A stretch of DNA of 64,000 bases, from positions 1,010 through 65,009 of the forward strand of contig JBAZKA010000004.1 of NCBI GenBank assembly GCA_041651015.1, read 5' to 3'. A program made the position numbers and the translations under genes. Below, one piece after another: positions 30,486 through 39,465 of the stretch (within the stretch, counting starts at the first letter, position 1; each line of letters starts with the position of its first letter). This DNA comes from Patescibacteria group bacterium (lineage in GTDB: Bacteria > Patescibacteriota > Patescibacteriia > Magasanikbacterales > GWA2-37-8). A model generated the notes under the pieces. The model did no database searches and was not told where the DNA came from. It saw only the letters and a list, made by a program, of their open reading frames with translations.

Positions 30486-31410
30486 ACTTTCTCCGCAATA
30501 AACATAGTATCCGTCCAACTAAAATAACACAAAACGCGATGATAGCAACGCGCATCCACACATCTAAATTTTTATACCAAACAACTTGGCCGGCCGGTTC
30601 AACACTTTCTATCCGCTCATTACCCGCTTTATCCACGGCCTTAATCAAAATATGGCTCTCTAAATTTTGGTCAGATAATACTAGCGGGCTGCCCACTTCG
30701 CGCCACTTGGCAAATGTTAAACCAATCCGGCTCTTGGCCGATTTTTTTTCATAGCGGTCAATTCCCGAATTCTTGTCTTGAGCCGTAAAAGACAAGAACC
30801 ATCGGTTATCAAAAATTTCAGGCGAACGGTCAATGATCGGAGTAAATGATTCCGGTGGGTCCACGTCCTCCCAAAAATTAACTTCTTGTCCGATGAGTTT
30901 CGGTTGTATACCCACGCCTTCGTTGACAATGAATTCCCACTCAGTTGAACTCACTTCCGTCGGCGTGCCCAAACCATCATTTTTTAAAATTAATAAATCA
31001 GAAAAAATTATTTTACCCGCGCCCGAGGCAACGGCTCTAAATTTAATATCAAATAACTTTCCCTTGGTTCCATAAAACCCGCCGGGCGTTACTCCAGAAA
31101 AAAATATGCCGAAATAATCCGGCGCCGGTTTTCTTACCCACAAATTAATAACCGAACCGCCGTCGCTGATGTCAATTAACTCCAGCGACTTGGGAAAGAA
31201 AACTTTACCCTCAAACGCATTCAAAACTTCTTCGTCGGTATTTAAATACACCGAGACAAATAGCTCATCATCAACCGAAACAGTCGGCGTTTGTGATTCA
31301 AAATATAACTGCGCGCAACGCGCCTCCGGCGTATTAAACGCGAAAATATAAGCGACAACAATCGCCGCGAAAATAAATCTCAAATAAATATTAAAAATTT
31401 TATGCGCCAT
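30469..31410 (-). CDS. Membrane-anchored cohesin-like domain protein
   Basis: Signal peptide; cohesin-like VSVYLNT..NAFEGKV.F...FSGVTPGG...LFDIKFRA; Ig-like KAVDKAGN; C-terminal TM with basic tail. Confidence 0.8.
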   Translation of the reverse strand: MAHKIFNIYLRFIFAAIVVAYIFAFNTPEARCAQLYFESQTPTVSVDDELFVSVYLNTDEEVLNAFEGKVFFPKSLELIDISDGGSVINLWVRKPAPDYFGIFFSGVTPGGFYGTKGKLFDIKFRAVASGAGKIIFSDLLILKNDGLGTPTEVSSTEWEFIVNEGVGIQPKLIGQEVNFWEDVDPPESFTPIIDRSPEIFDNRWFLSFTAQDKNSGIDRYEKKSAKSRIGLTFAKWREVGSPLVLSDQNLESHILIKAVDKAGNERIESVEPAGQVVWYKNLDVWMRVAIIAFCVILVGRILCLLRRKFRKPA

Positions 31411-31420
31411 GTAAATTTTA

Positions 31421-32500
31421 TCAGCCGGTCCAATAATAGGCCATTATACTAAAATCCGTTAAATTTATTTTATCATCGGCGTTAAGCTGTTCCGCTTCTT
31501 TTAATATAAAAGTGTTGCTCAATGTTCTTTTGTACCAATAGGCGGCGATGGAAAAATCCACCAAATTCACACGGCAATCGCCATTCAAATCACCCTTAAG
31601 AATTTTACCATCGCACAACTGTTTAGCCACCACGGTTGACGAGCCGATCTTAAAATTAACGATTTTACTAAACGGGCTAACCTGAGTTTTATAAAACGAT
31701 TGGGCTTTCGCAAAATAATCACCCAGTATTAGATCGGTCGTATCCAAAGTATAGGCATACGCGCCGGCCGCGTTGGTCTTGACCTTTACAGAAATTATTT
31801 CTGTGGAACTCACGATAAGGTTTACATCAACCCCGGGCAAGGAGTGGCCGGAAAAATTTATACTTTCCCCCTTTTTCACTTCGCTTTTGTCGGCCCAGAT
31901 GGTCGGAGCAATATATATTCCACTCACGGTAGTCACCACGCCTTCTGTCACATTTAAAGTAATGGTTTGCATGGCGGAACGGAAATCACCGCCATCAACC
32001 GAATACACCCCGAAGACATAGTTGCCCCCGGTTATTTTTAGAACGCTGGCGGAAAAATTTCCGGCGGCATCAGCCATTGTAGTAGTGGCAATTTGTCCAT
32101 CGCGCAAAATTACTACTTGCCCGAATGGATAGGCAATACCCATAAAATTTACTTGGGTGGCGACCGGCACAGTGACAACTCCACCTCCCCCACCACCCCC
32201 GCCACCATGATGCGGGGCGATATATTCACACAACGAGGCATCATAATCACAAGCAATGGTGCAGGATACCGTGCCACTGGTATAACCGAGCGACGCGCAA
32301 CTGCCACCGCCCATATCGGCGCCGTCGCATTGTTCCGGGCCTTCGGCCACGCCATCACCGCAAACAGAAATTTCCACATTAGCATTCACATAAGAATTTG
32401 TGGCAGCGGAAGCTTTTTGGATAATAACAAAACCGCCGACGATCAGTGTGAGCGTCAGCGGCGCGAAAAACAATAAAGTTGAACGCAGTTTCGAATCCAT
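31421..32500 (-). CDS. Secreted protein with Cys-rich module, Ig-like domains and C-terminal dockerin
   Basis: CGDGVAEGPEQCDG; duplicated Ca-binding loops GDLNGDCRVNLVDFS / QLNADDKINLTDFS. Confidence 0.85.
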   Translation of the reverse strand: MDSKLRSTLLFFAPLTLTLIVGGFVIIQKASAATNSYVNANVEISVCGDGVAEGPEQCDGADMGGGSCASLGYTSGTVSCTIACDYDASLCEYIAPHHGGGGGGGGGVVTVPVATQVNFMGIAYPFGQVVILRDGQIATTTMADAAGNFSASVLKITGGNYVFGVYSVDGGDFRSAMQTITLNVTEGVVTTVSGIYIAPTIWADKSEVKKGESINFSGHSLPGVDVNLIVSSTEIISVKVKTNAAGAYAYTLDTTDLILGDYFAKAQSFYKTQVSPFSKIVNFKIGSSTVVAKQLCDGKILKGDLNGDCRVNLVDFSIAAYWYKRTLSNTFILKEAEQLNADDKINLTDFSIMAYYWTG

Positions 32501-32512
32501 TTTTCAATGAAA

Positions 32513-33124
32513 TTATTCCTCTTTTTTCTTTACGCTAATACCGATATTAAACGAAAAGAATTTACGTATAAGCAGTACCACAATGACAAACGCAATCGCT
32601 CCGAGCAAAACCAAACTCCACGGATAATACAATTTGTAAAGCGAGGTCAAGCGATAATAAACTCCCACAAAAAAATTCGCCGGCGCGACGCTAAAATACA
32701 ATTTGGTCGCGGCCGCCACACCAACAGAGGTCTCTCCGGCCACTGATGCTTTCTTGGCCGGGTGTCCTTCAAGATACGCAAAATATTCGCCCGGCTCAGC
32801 GCCTTTTAATGGCAAAGTCAGTCTAACTTGCACTAATTGCGCTTTGCCCGGTTCCAGATAAAATGTTGATGGCTGGAAACTTAACCATTCGCGAGGCGGC
32901 ATTTTTTGCGGTTGAGTGGTGTTGTATTCCACTGAGACACCATACTCTGAGGCTTCGTCGCCGGTATTGATCACGGCAAATGAAGGCAGGTCATAAATTA
33001 GACCGGCTTTCATAGCCTCAGGCACTTCAATCTTTCCCGTGCCCACCCCAACGCCGACGCTGGCCATGGCTGCTATCGGTAGCAATAATATTCCCCCCAC
33101 TATTGCGGCAATATATTTATTCAT
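32513..33124 (-). CDS. Membrane-anchored PapD/DUF916-like chaperone
   Basis: Signal peptide; V.NTG, WLSFQPSTFYLEPGKAQLVQVRLTLP, PGEY; C-terminal TM. Confidence 0.65.
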   Translation of the reverse strand: MNKYIAAIVGGILLLPIAAMASVGVGVGTGKIEVPEAMKAGLIYDLPSFAVINTGDEASEYGVSVEYNTTQPQKMPPREWLSFQPSTFYLEPGKAQLVQVRLTLPLKGAEPGEYFAYLEGHPAKKASVAGETSVGVAAATKLYFSVAPANFFVGVYYRLTSLYKLYYPWSLVLLGAIAFVIVVLLIRKFFSFNIGISVKKKEE

Positions 33125-33167
33125 AGAAGAAAATTCAGAAGTCGTAATAGCGGATTAATTTTTATTA

Positions 33168-33680
33168 TTAGTGAGCGGCGGCAGACACTGTGACCACCAT
33201 TGATTGTTGGGTATAATCTGCCACGGCAGTAGGAGTATTTATCAACAAGTCCATAGACTGCGTCGGAGTGGTCGTAGTCAAATCAGATTTCATATTGGTA
33301 TAAGTGCTGGAATTCATCGCCGTATAATTTGCGGCGCTGGTGCATGTCGTGGTGCAAAATTTATGCACATAAATACTGGAACCGGCCGTTGATGATAAAC
33401 CCCAGTTGCCGGGAGTGGTGGAAGAGCCTCTCACGGTTAAGTCCACTGATACGTTACCGTTGTTGGTGACAGTTTGCGTGTCAATGGTGGTGGTAGTGCT
33501 TTTAATCGTGTTGAGCGCCATCGTGCCGTAAGCCACAGTTCCATCCGTAACAGTTACGGAAATATTTTCCACTGTCACGGTCGCGGCCACATTACCGGTT
33601 GTGGCGGCCCAAACTACTGAGGCGGCCGAGACAGCCGCAAATCCCACAACGAATGCTACCAAGAGAAATGCCTTTTTCAT
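33168..33680 (-). CDS. Secreted small beta-rich subunit (putative major pilin, WxL/TasA-like)
   Basis: Signal peptide ending VWA; homologous to the C-terminal domain of 33890-38668. Confidence 0.75.
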   Translation of the reverse strand: MKKAFLLVAFVVGFAAVSAASVVWAATTGNVAATVTVENISVTVTDGTVAYGTMALNTIKSTTTTIDTQTVTNNGNVSVDLTVRGSSTTPGNWGLSSTAGSSIYVHKFCTTTCTSAANYTAMNSSTYTNMKSDLTTTTPTQSMDLLINTPTAVADYTQQSMVVTVSAAAH

Positions 33681-33822
33681 ATTATTAAAAGATTATTAAT
33701 AATTTATAGTAGTGTTTACAACACTATTTATTTTTGCTTGATAAAAAATTTATTTTCTCCCCTCTAACTACAATTCGCTCCAGTATATTATACACCAATT
33801 TTACGTTTCTAAATACGGCCAG

Positions 33823-33831
33823 TTATCCACA
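33823..33831. promoter_or_regulatory. Consensus DnaA box upstream of putative pilin promoter
   Basis: TTATCCACA; minus-strand TATAAT at about 33787-33792. Confidence 0.5.
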
Positions 33832-33889
33832 GGGCTTCGCTACGCTACCTGCCTGCCGGTAGGCAAGCGCCCCGCAAACGCAACTTCGT

Positions 33890-36800
33890 CTATGATTGGG
33901 TCGCGAGCAATGTCACATCCACATCCTGCTCACCATAACAAGTGGAAGCTGAGGGAGCGGTGAGACGTAATTGAAATTGGGTGGTACCATCCGCGGCCAC
34001 ATTGGTATCAATATTTTGGTAGGTGGTAGTCATGGCCGTATAGTTGGTCGGCGGGGACGAACAATCTAAATCCGTGTCATTACAAAACCGATGTACGTAT
34101 TGGTCTGCGCCGTTTGAAGTCGCGAGCGTCCACGTGCATCCCCCGCCCGAACCATCTTGCCCTTTGATGGCAAAATCTTCGGTCACATTACCGTTATTGG
34201 TGATTGTTTGCAAATCGCCAAGGTCAATCGTGCTCACACTGGAATTTTCCGCAATGGTTCCATAGCTCACAACTCCGTCGGAAACAGTGACAGACACAAC
34301 CGGCGTAACGGAATTTACTTCATCGTAATCTTTATCAATCGTAGTTGTGATAGCGTTAAGCGAGGTGGTGCAATAACCCCATTGCCAAAAAGTAAAGGTG
34401 GTTGAGGCACCAGCCGGCAAATCATCCCAACGCCGAACGAAATATATATCATCAGCTTCATTTGTTGATTTAACCGCCACTTGAAGCGGCCATTCAATGG
34501 TGGAACTGACCGGGGAGTGTTGAAAATAATAACCGTAAGTCGCCGGATCATCCTGGTCAAAAATCACACCCATGGCCGCCCAGATACCGGTATCGTAAGT
34601 TGTAAACCATTTTTTGGTTAACGATGACATGGTGATTTGACGTTCTACCGTGCTGCTCGTCGTTTCACCGGCCACCCAACCCTTATCATTAGTATTACGA
34701 TCAGTACCAAGCCATTGCTCGCGACCCCAAACTAACGGATAATCATAAGCTGTGGAACTGGCATTGGTAAAAGTGTAAACATTTTTTAAATAACGTTTAC
34801 TGGCATAAAATGTTTGGTATCGGTATGCGTCAATGCCGGTAGCCAGTTGTTGCGCCCAACCATTGGCTGCGCCATCCGAATGCACCAAAGTGGTGATGGA
34901 ATTATCGTCCTCGCTGACAATGTAATTCGCCCATTCATCTTGTTTCCATTTAATATCGCCGGCATAATATCCGGAACTATCTATCCTTACTGTATCATTC
35001 ACAACGACAGCCGTGCGTTCCATACAATCCAAGTTCACGTCATTGTCACTGCTATTGCGGCAAGACATCTCCACCTGTTCGCCCGCGCCTTCATAGCCGC
35101 CGCCAAACATTGGTGTGTTGATAAACTGATTGGCAAATACTAAGCCATTATAAAATAAACGCTCACCGATATTATATGTATATAAACGATCATAACGCGT
35201 GGCAAACAAATCAGTGTCCGAAGTAAAAGAAAAAGCCACTGTTTTATAAGTCGTACCCATGGAATTATCTTGGATATATAACGTATGATGGCCGCTATCC
35301 CACCACCAACAATCCGTAGTGGAAGCAGCGGTCCCTTCTGAAAGAGCCGTGCCGGCCAAGGACACCGATGTGATATTAATATCACTCGTCGTCGGATGGA
35401 ACGGAAAAGCAATCGCGACATTGGAATAGGTAGCCGCGGCATTGACGGAAAAATCCGCCACTTCGTAATTCCAATGGTCAACGCTCCAAGTGGGATTAAA
35501 CTCGGCGCCATTGCCCATGGCCGCGGTGCTGATGGCATTCCATCGCCGTGTAATATATGTGGTAAAATTTGCCGTGGTCGTTGAATAATCAATTGATGAA
35601 AAATTTGAACTGCTGGATAATTGCAAAGTGGTTCGAAACGTGCCGGTATTTGGATCGGCACAGCCATTGCAAAAATTTGAACCCGGGTAAATTACCCCTT
35701 CATAACGTCCGTCAATGGCATCCCATGTCAAATTTGTGTAAAGATTATCCCCCACGGAATTGGTGGTACTGGCTCGCGCATAAGGATAATCAAGATAACT
35801 CAAGCCATTCAAAGTCATATTGACGGGAATGGCGCCGCTCCAACCATCAGAAGTCTTGCCAATGGAACCGGAAATAGTGGGAAGAGCAAACACGGTGGAA
35901 CCGGAAATTGCGACTGTGCTGGAAGGTCCGGTGGTACCACTGCTCACCGTCACGCCGGTACTGGGATCGGAAATTTGGATTTCCAATGTTTCTCCCAAAG
36001 TAGCACCCGAAGCAACATCCAACACTGTATAAACACACATCGCCGAAGTGGTGCTGATACCGACCGAACCGGAAAATGTTGAAGTGCCATTGGCGGCGCT
36101 AAACCCATCGGTATCAGTGGAGCCAAATTGAGTTTCCGTACCGCCATAACTTTCCGAAGCGCAATCATACGGTGTGGTAGCGTCTAAATCGTAATAAAGT
36201 TTAATGTTATCCAAATCAGTTTGCGCATCCACGGTGCCATTTTCAAAAATACTAATACCGGTGACATTGCGCGAGCCGGCGTTTTCAATAATGGAAAAAT
36301 ATCCGCCGACATAATTATCAGTGGAAGGAATGGTCATGCCCGTGGCTTGACTGCCTCCGGTACCGACAGTGACAGAACTGACCAGAGCGGTGGAACCGGT
36401 AATGGCCACTGCGGACGACGGCCCGACCGCGCCGCTGCTGATCGTCACGGCCGTGCTGGGATTGGTAATTTGAATTTCAATTGTTTGCCCTTCGCCCGCG
36501 CCCGAGCCCACATCCACAACCGCATAAACGCACATGGCTTGGGCCGAGGTCACGGCCACGGTTCCGGAAAATGTTGATGTCCCGTTGCTAGCGCTAAAAC
36601 CATCAGTATCAGTGGAGCCATATTGAGTCTCGGTGCCATTATAACTAACAGATGCGCAATCATAAGGCGTCACTGTATCTAATTCATAATATAATTTGAT
36701 ATTATCTAAATTATTTTGCGCGTCCACGGTGCCGATTTCATTTATGGATATACCGGTGACATTGCGAGAAGTGGCATCGCCGACAATGTAGAAAGCGCCG

Positions 36801-38668
36801 CCGACATAATTATTGGTTGATGAAACGACCATGGTCGCGGTTTGATTGCCAGTGGTTCCAACCGTCACGTTGTTTGAAGAAGCATTATAAGTCGCGTAAA
36901 TGGAATATTTCAAAGCGCCTAGTGTCGGCGAGGTAAACGAGGACGGCCAGGTGCCGTATGTTTGCGTCTTTGACAGACTCTGATTTGTGGCGCCAGTAGT
37001 ATAATAAAAATAATTTTGGCTGTCATTATCATTTTTTAACAACCAATAGGTGGAACTGCTGATAGTCGGCGAGGTTGATAATTTATAGGCATACCAAGCT
37101 TTTGTGGTGCCGACAGCGGTAGACGCCGAATTCGCCACCAAATTATAGCTGGAATTATAGATACCATAACCCGCATAGTAGCCGGAATCCGGATACATAT
37201 AGGCGGTGGTTGTGACGACTGTAGCGCCGGCCGCGCCCGAGCCGGAATCAAATTTTGAACCGACCATTCTTCCATTTATTGACGAAGTATAACTCGTCCC
37301 GGCCGTGGTGTTGCCAAAGGTCGGGTCAACGATTACCGGATAAACCGCCTCATCCAAAAAATATTGCGGCACGGTGATGGTCATTTTTCCGCTAACCTCG
37401 TCAATATTTAATTCGCACCAAGTATATCGTCCGCTCGCGTCAAATGCCTGCGGACGATAAATTGAAAACGCCATGCCGGTGCCATAATTTTTGCCACCCA
37501 TGGCTGAGTAATCTCCTTGCAAACCGCCCTTATAATAAACCGCGTAAGACCCAACCACGTTTATCGGACGATGATATTCATGGCATTCGGTCGGACTGCA
37601 ACTTGGGTCGCTCATTTCCACATTCAAAGGCGGCTGATAGAAAAACTCTAAATTTTCCGTAGCAATATCAAATTCAAAAACATTAGTGCTCGGTTTTGTC
37701 TTTAAAGCAAATTCAAATTCATAACCATCAACATTTTCACTCATCCCGTCGGAATATTTTTCATTCGGGATAGTGACAGTTTTATCATAAAAAATATATT
37801 GACGATGCGATGTTTCATATTTGATAACTTTCTCTTCGCCCAATTCATCTCTGTCAATAAACAATGCTTTCTCGGTGGACACACTTGAATCAGACAATGG
37901 TTCGTTCAGGATAGTGGAAAAATTTGCGAAAATTGCTTCTTCACCCTGAGAGTATTGAGTAATAGATACGACATCTTCACTCGGAGTATTAGTCGGGGTA
38001 TCAACGACAGTTGTGTCGGTTAAAACAGTTTCTTCGCTCAAAACCGTATCCGCCGTAGTAGTAGTGATACCGGAGTCACCAGTGACTGTGTCATCACCGG
38101 TTTCCGGCGTCAAAATAATACCTGAGGATGTCGCGACCTCCGCCTCCACCTTTACACCCAACACTTCGGCCGGCGCTTTTGTCTCTACCAAGGTATTGCC
38201 TGATATTTCCCCCTCAAACTTCGGAATTATTTTCATACTCGCTTCCCCATCCCAGCGTTCAATGGTTATTGCCGGAGAAAACGAATCGCCTTCGGGCGCG
38301 CCGATCTTGTAGGCCACACCGTCAATTTCTTTGGCCGGCAAAACAAAGGCTGATCCTTCCTGGCGATATTTGTCACGCAATGGCGAGGCGGCTAATTTAC
38401 GAGACAAAGAGATTGAATCCATAGCGCTTTCATCCGGAGCAAACAAACTGGCTGTCACAATTCCGACCAAGGAATTATCCTGATACCAAGGTATGTTTGA
38501 TGCAGCCGAACGCGTATCGCTCCACACCGGCCAGCCGTATACAAAAACAGCGATGAATACGCCCAAACAGGCGAAAATAATCGCTTTTTCAAAAAATAAT
38601 TTATTTTTTAGATACGTCAAAAAATTTCGCCGCATAAAAGAACTAAATCCATTTTTATTTTTTCTCAA
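33890..38668 (-). CDS. Large secreted multidomain surface protein (putative tip adhesin), 1592 aa
   Basis: N-terminal hydrophobic segment, YPVIVDP, two ~165-aa repeats, C-terminal pilin-like domain. Confidence 0.85.
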   Translation of the reverse strand: MRKNKNGFSSFMRRNFLTYLKNKLFFEKAIIFACLGVFIAVFVYGWPVWSDTRSAASNIPWYQDNSLVGIVTASLFAPDESAMDSISLSRKLAASPLRDKYRQEGSAFVLPAKEIDGVAYKIGAPEGDSFSPAITIERWDGEASMKIIPKFEGEISGNTLVETKAPAEVLGVKVEAEVATSSGIILTPETGDDTVTGDSGITTTTADTVLSEETVLTDTTVVDTPTNTPSEDVVSITQYSQGEEAIFANFSTILNEPLSDSSVSTEKALFIDRDELGEEKVIKYETSHRQYIFYDKTVTIPNEKYSDGMSENVDGYEFEFALKTKPSTNVFEFDIATENLEFFYQPPLNVEMSDPSCSPTECHEYHRPINVVGSYAVYYKGGLQGDYSAMGGKNYGTGMAFSIYRPQAFDASGRYTWCELNIDEVSGKMTITVPQYFLDEAVYPVIVDPTFGNTTAGTSYTSSINGRMVGSKFDSGSGAAGATVVTTTAYMYPDSGYYAGYGIYNSSYNLVANSASTAVGTTKAWYAYKLSTSPTISSSTYWLLKNDNDSQNYFYYTTGATNQSLSKTQTYGTWPSSFTSPTLGALKYSIYATYNASSNNVTVGTTGNQTATMVVSSTNNYVGGAFYIVGDATSRNVTGISINEIGTVDAQNNLDNIKLYYELDTVTPYDCASVSYNGTETQYGSTDTDGFSASNGTSTFSGTVAVTSAQAMCVYAVVDVGSGAGEGQTIEIQITNPSTAVTISSGAVGPSSAVAITGSTALVSSVTVGTGGSQATGMTIPSTDNYVGGYFSIIENAGSRNVTGISIFENGTVDAQTDLDNIKLYYDLDATTPYDCASESYGGTETQFGSTDTDGFSAANGTSTFSGSVGISTTSAMCVYTVLDVASGATLGETLEIQISDPSTGVTVSSGTTGPSSTVAISGSTVFALPTISGSIGKTSDGWSGAIPVNMTLNGLSYLDYPYARASTTNSVGDNLYTNLTWDAIDGRYEGVIYPGSNFCNGCADPNTGTFRTTLQLSSSSNFSSIDYSTTTANFTTYITRRWNAISTAAMGNGAEFNPTWSVDHWNYEVADFSVNAAATYSNVAIAFPFHPTTSDINITSVSLAGTALSEGTAASTTDCWWWDSGHHTLYIQDNSMGTTYKTVAFSFTSDTDLFATRYDRLYTYNIGERLFYNGLVFANQFINTPMFGGGYEGAGEQVEMSCRNSSDNDVNLDCMERTAVVVNDTVRIDSSGYYAGDIKWKQDEWANYIVSEDDNSITTLVHSDGAANGWAQQLATGIDAYRYQTFYASKRYLKNVYTFTNASSTAYDYPLVWGREQWLGTDRNTNDKGWVAGETTSSTVERQITMSSLTKKWFTTYDTGIWAAMGVIFDQDDPATYGYYFQHSPVSSTIEWPLQVAVKSTNEADDIYFVRRWDDLPAGASTTFTFWQWGYCTTSLNAITTTIDKDYDEVNSVTPVVSVTVSDGVVSYGTIAENSSVSTIDLGDLQTITNNGNVTEDFAIKGQDGSGGGCTWTLATSNGADQYVHRFCNDTDLDCSSPPTNYTAMTTTYQNIDTNVAADGTTQFQLRLTAPSASTCYGEQDVDVTLLATQS

Positions 38669-39044
38669 TCTTCTTCGCCATTTTATAAATTTTGCCGGCT
38701 GTGGCCGAAACAGCTCTGTCCACCGCTTCTTTCGCTGATTCAGTATAATCCTCGGATTTATCCTCGGCCCAACTCTTTGCTTTTTTAATGGCCGCGTCTT
38801 TGACCGCCGTGCCCACTCCCTTGAACACCGAATTCATGGCAAAAGAAATCATCTCCACTTTTTCTTGGATAAAACCGATGGCGTCGGCCAAGGATTGCAG
38901 GCGGACGCGAAATTCTTCAATAATTTGGCTGGTATTTTTCAAAATTTTGCCCGCGTAATAAAACATCCAGCATAAAAAAACCGCCACCCAAATAATACAA
39001 AAAGAAATCACGATATACAAAATATCTTTTGATGATTCTATCAT
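38655..39044 (-). CDS. Small membrane protein with coiled coil (DUF948-like)
   Basis: N-terminal TM, GGAGG SD, overlaps the next gene. Confidence 0.7.
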   Translation of the reverse strand: MIESSKDILYIVISFCIIWVAVFLCWMFYYAGKILKNTSQIIEEFRVRLQSLADAIGFIQEKVEMISFAMNSVFKGVGTAVKDAAIKKAKSWAEDKSEDYTESAKEAVDRAVSATAGKIYKMAKKIEKK

Positions 39045-39121
39045 AGTTCCTCCGAGTTAATATATAAATTTTTCTACTTTTATATTATACCACGGCAAGA
39101 TGAAATTTGGAACAAGACAAC

Positions 39122-39424
39122 CTAAGCAGTTTCCTTTATCCTAATCTCGCGTCTTCCACTAATAAGACCGAGATTACCTTCTATGGAATTTTGTGAAATA
39201 ATTTCTGGCACTAAACCGTATCTCTGCCCGTTTGTAAGTTCAATGTCAACACTTTTTCCGTCAACATTGTGGAATGTTTTGCAAATACCCTCGCCATCTG
39301 TCAACGCTCTGTTGCCTGTACTTGTAATCACAACTGTCTTACCCTCAAATATTTGAGTCAAATGTTCGACCACCTCATCGGTGACCTTATTTTCTACTCC
39401 AACATCCATGTGACTTTCTTTCAT
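39122..39424 (-). CDS. Hypothetical protein
   Basis: 100-aa ORF fills the gap after pheT. Confidence 0.6.
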   Translation of the reverse strand: MKESHMDVGVENKVTDEVVEHLTQIFEGKTVVITSTGNRALTDGEGICKTFHNVDGKSVDIELTNGQRYGLVPEIISQNSIEGNLGLISGRREIRIKETA

Positions 39425-39465
39425 ATAATTTGGACTAATAAATAATTAAAATTCAAAAATTTTAT

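Noticed and set aside
30469-32500. Cellulosome
   Set aside because: Single cohesin and dockerin with no recognisable glycoside hydrolase domains; an anchoring role fits better
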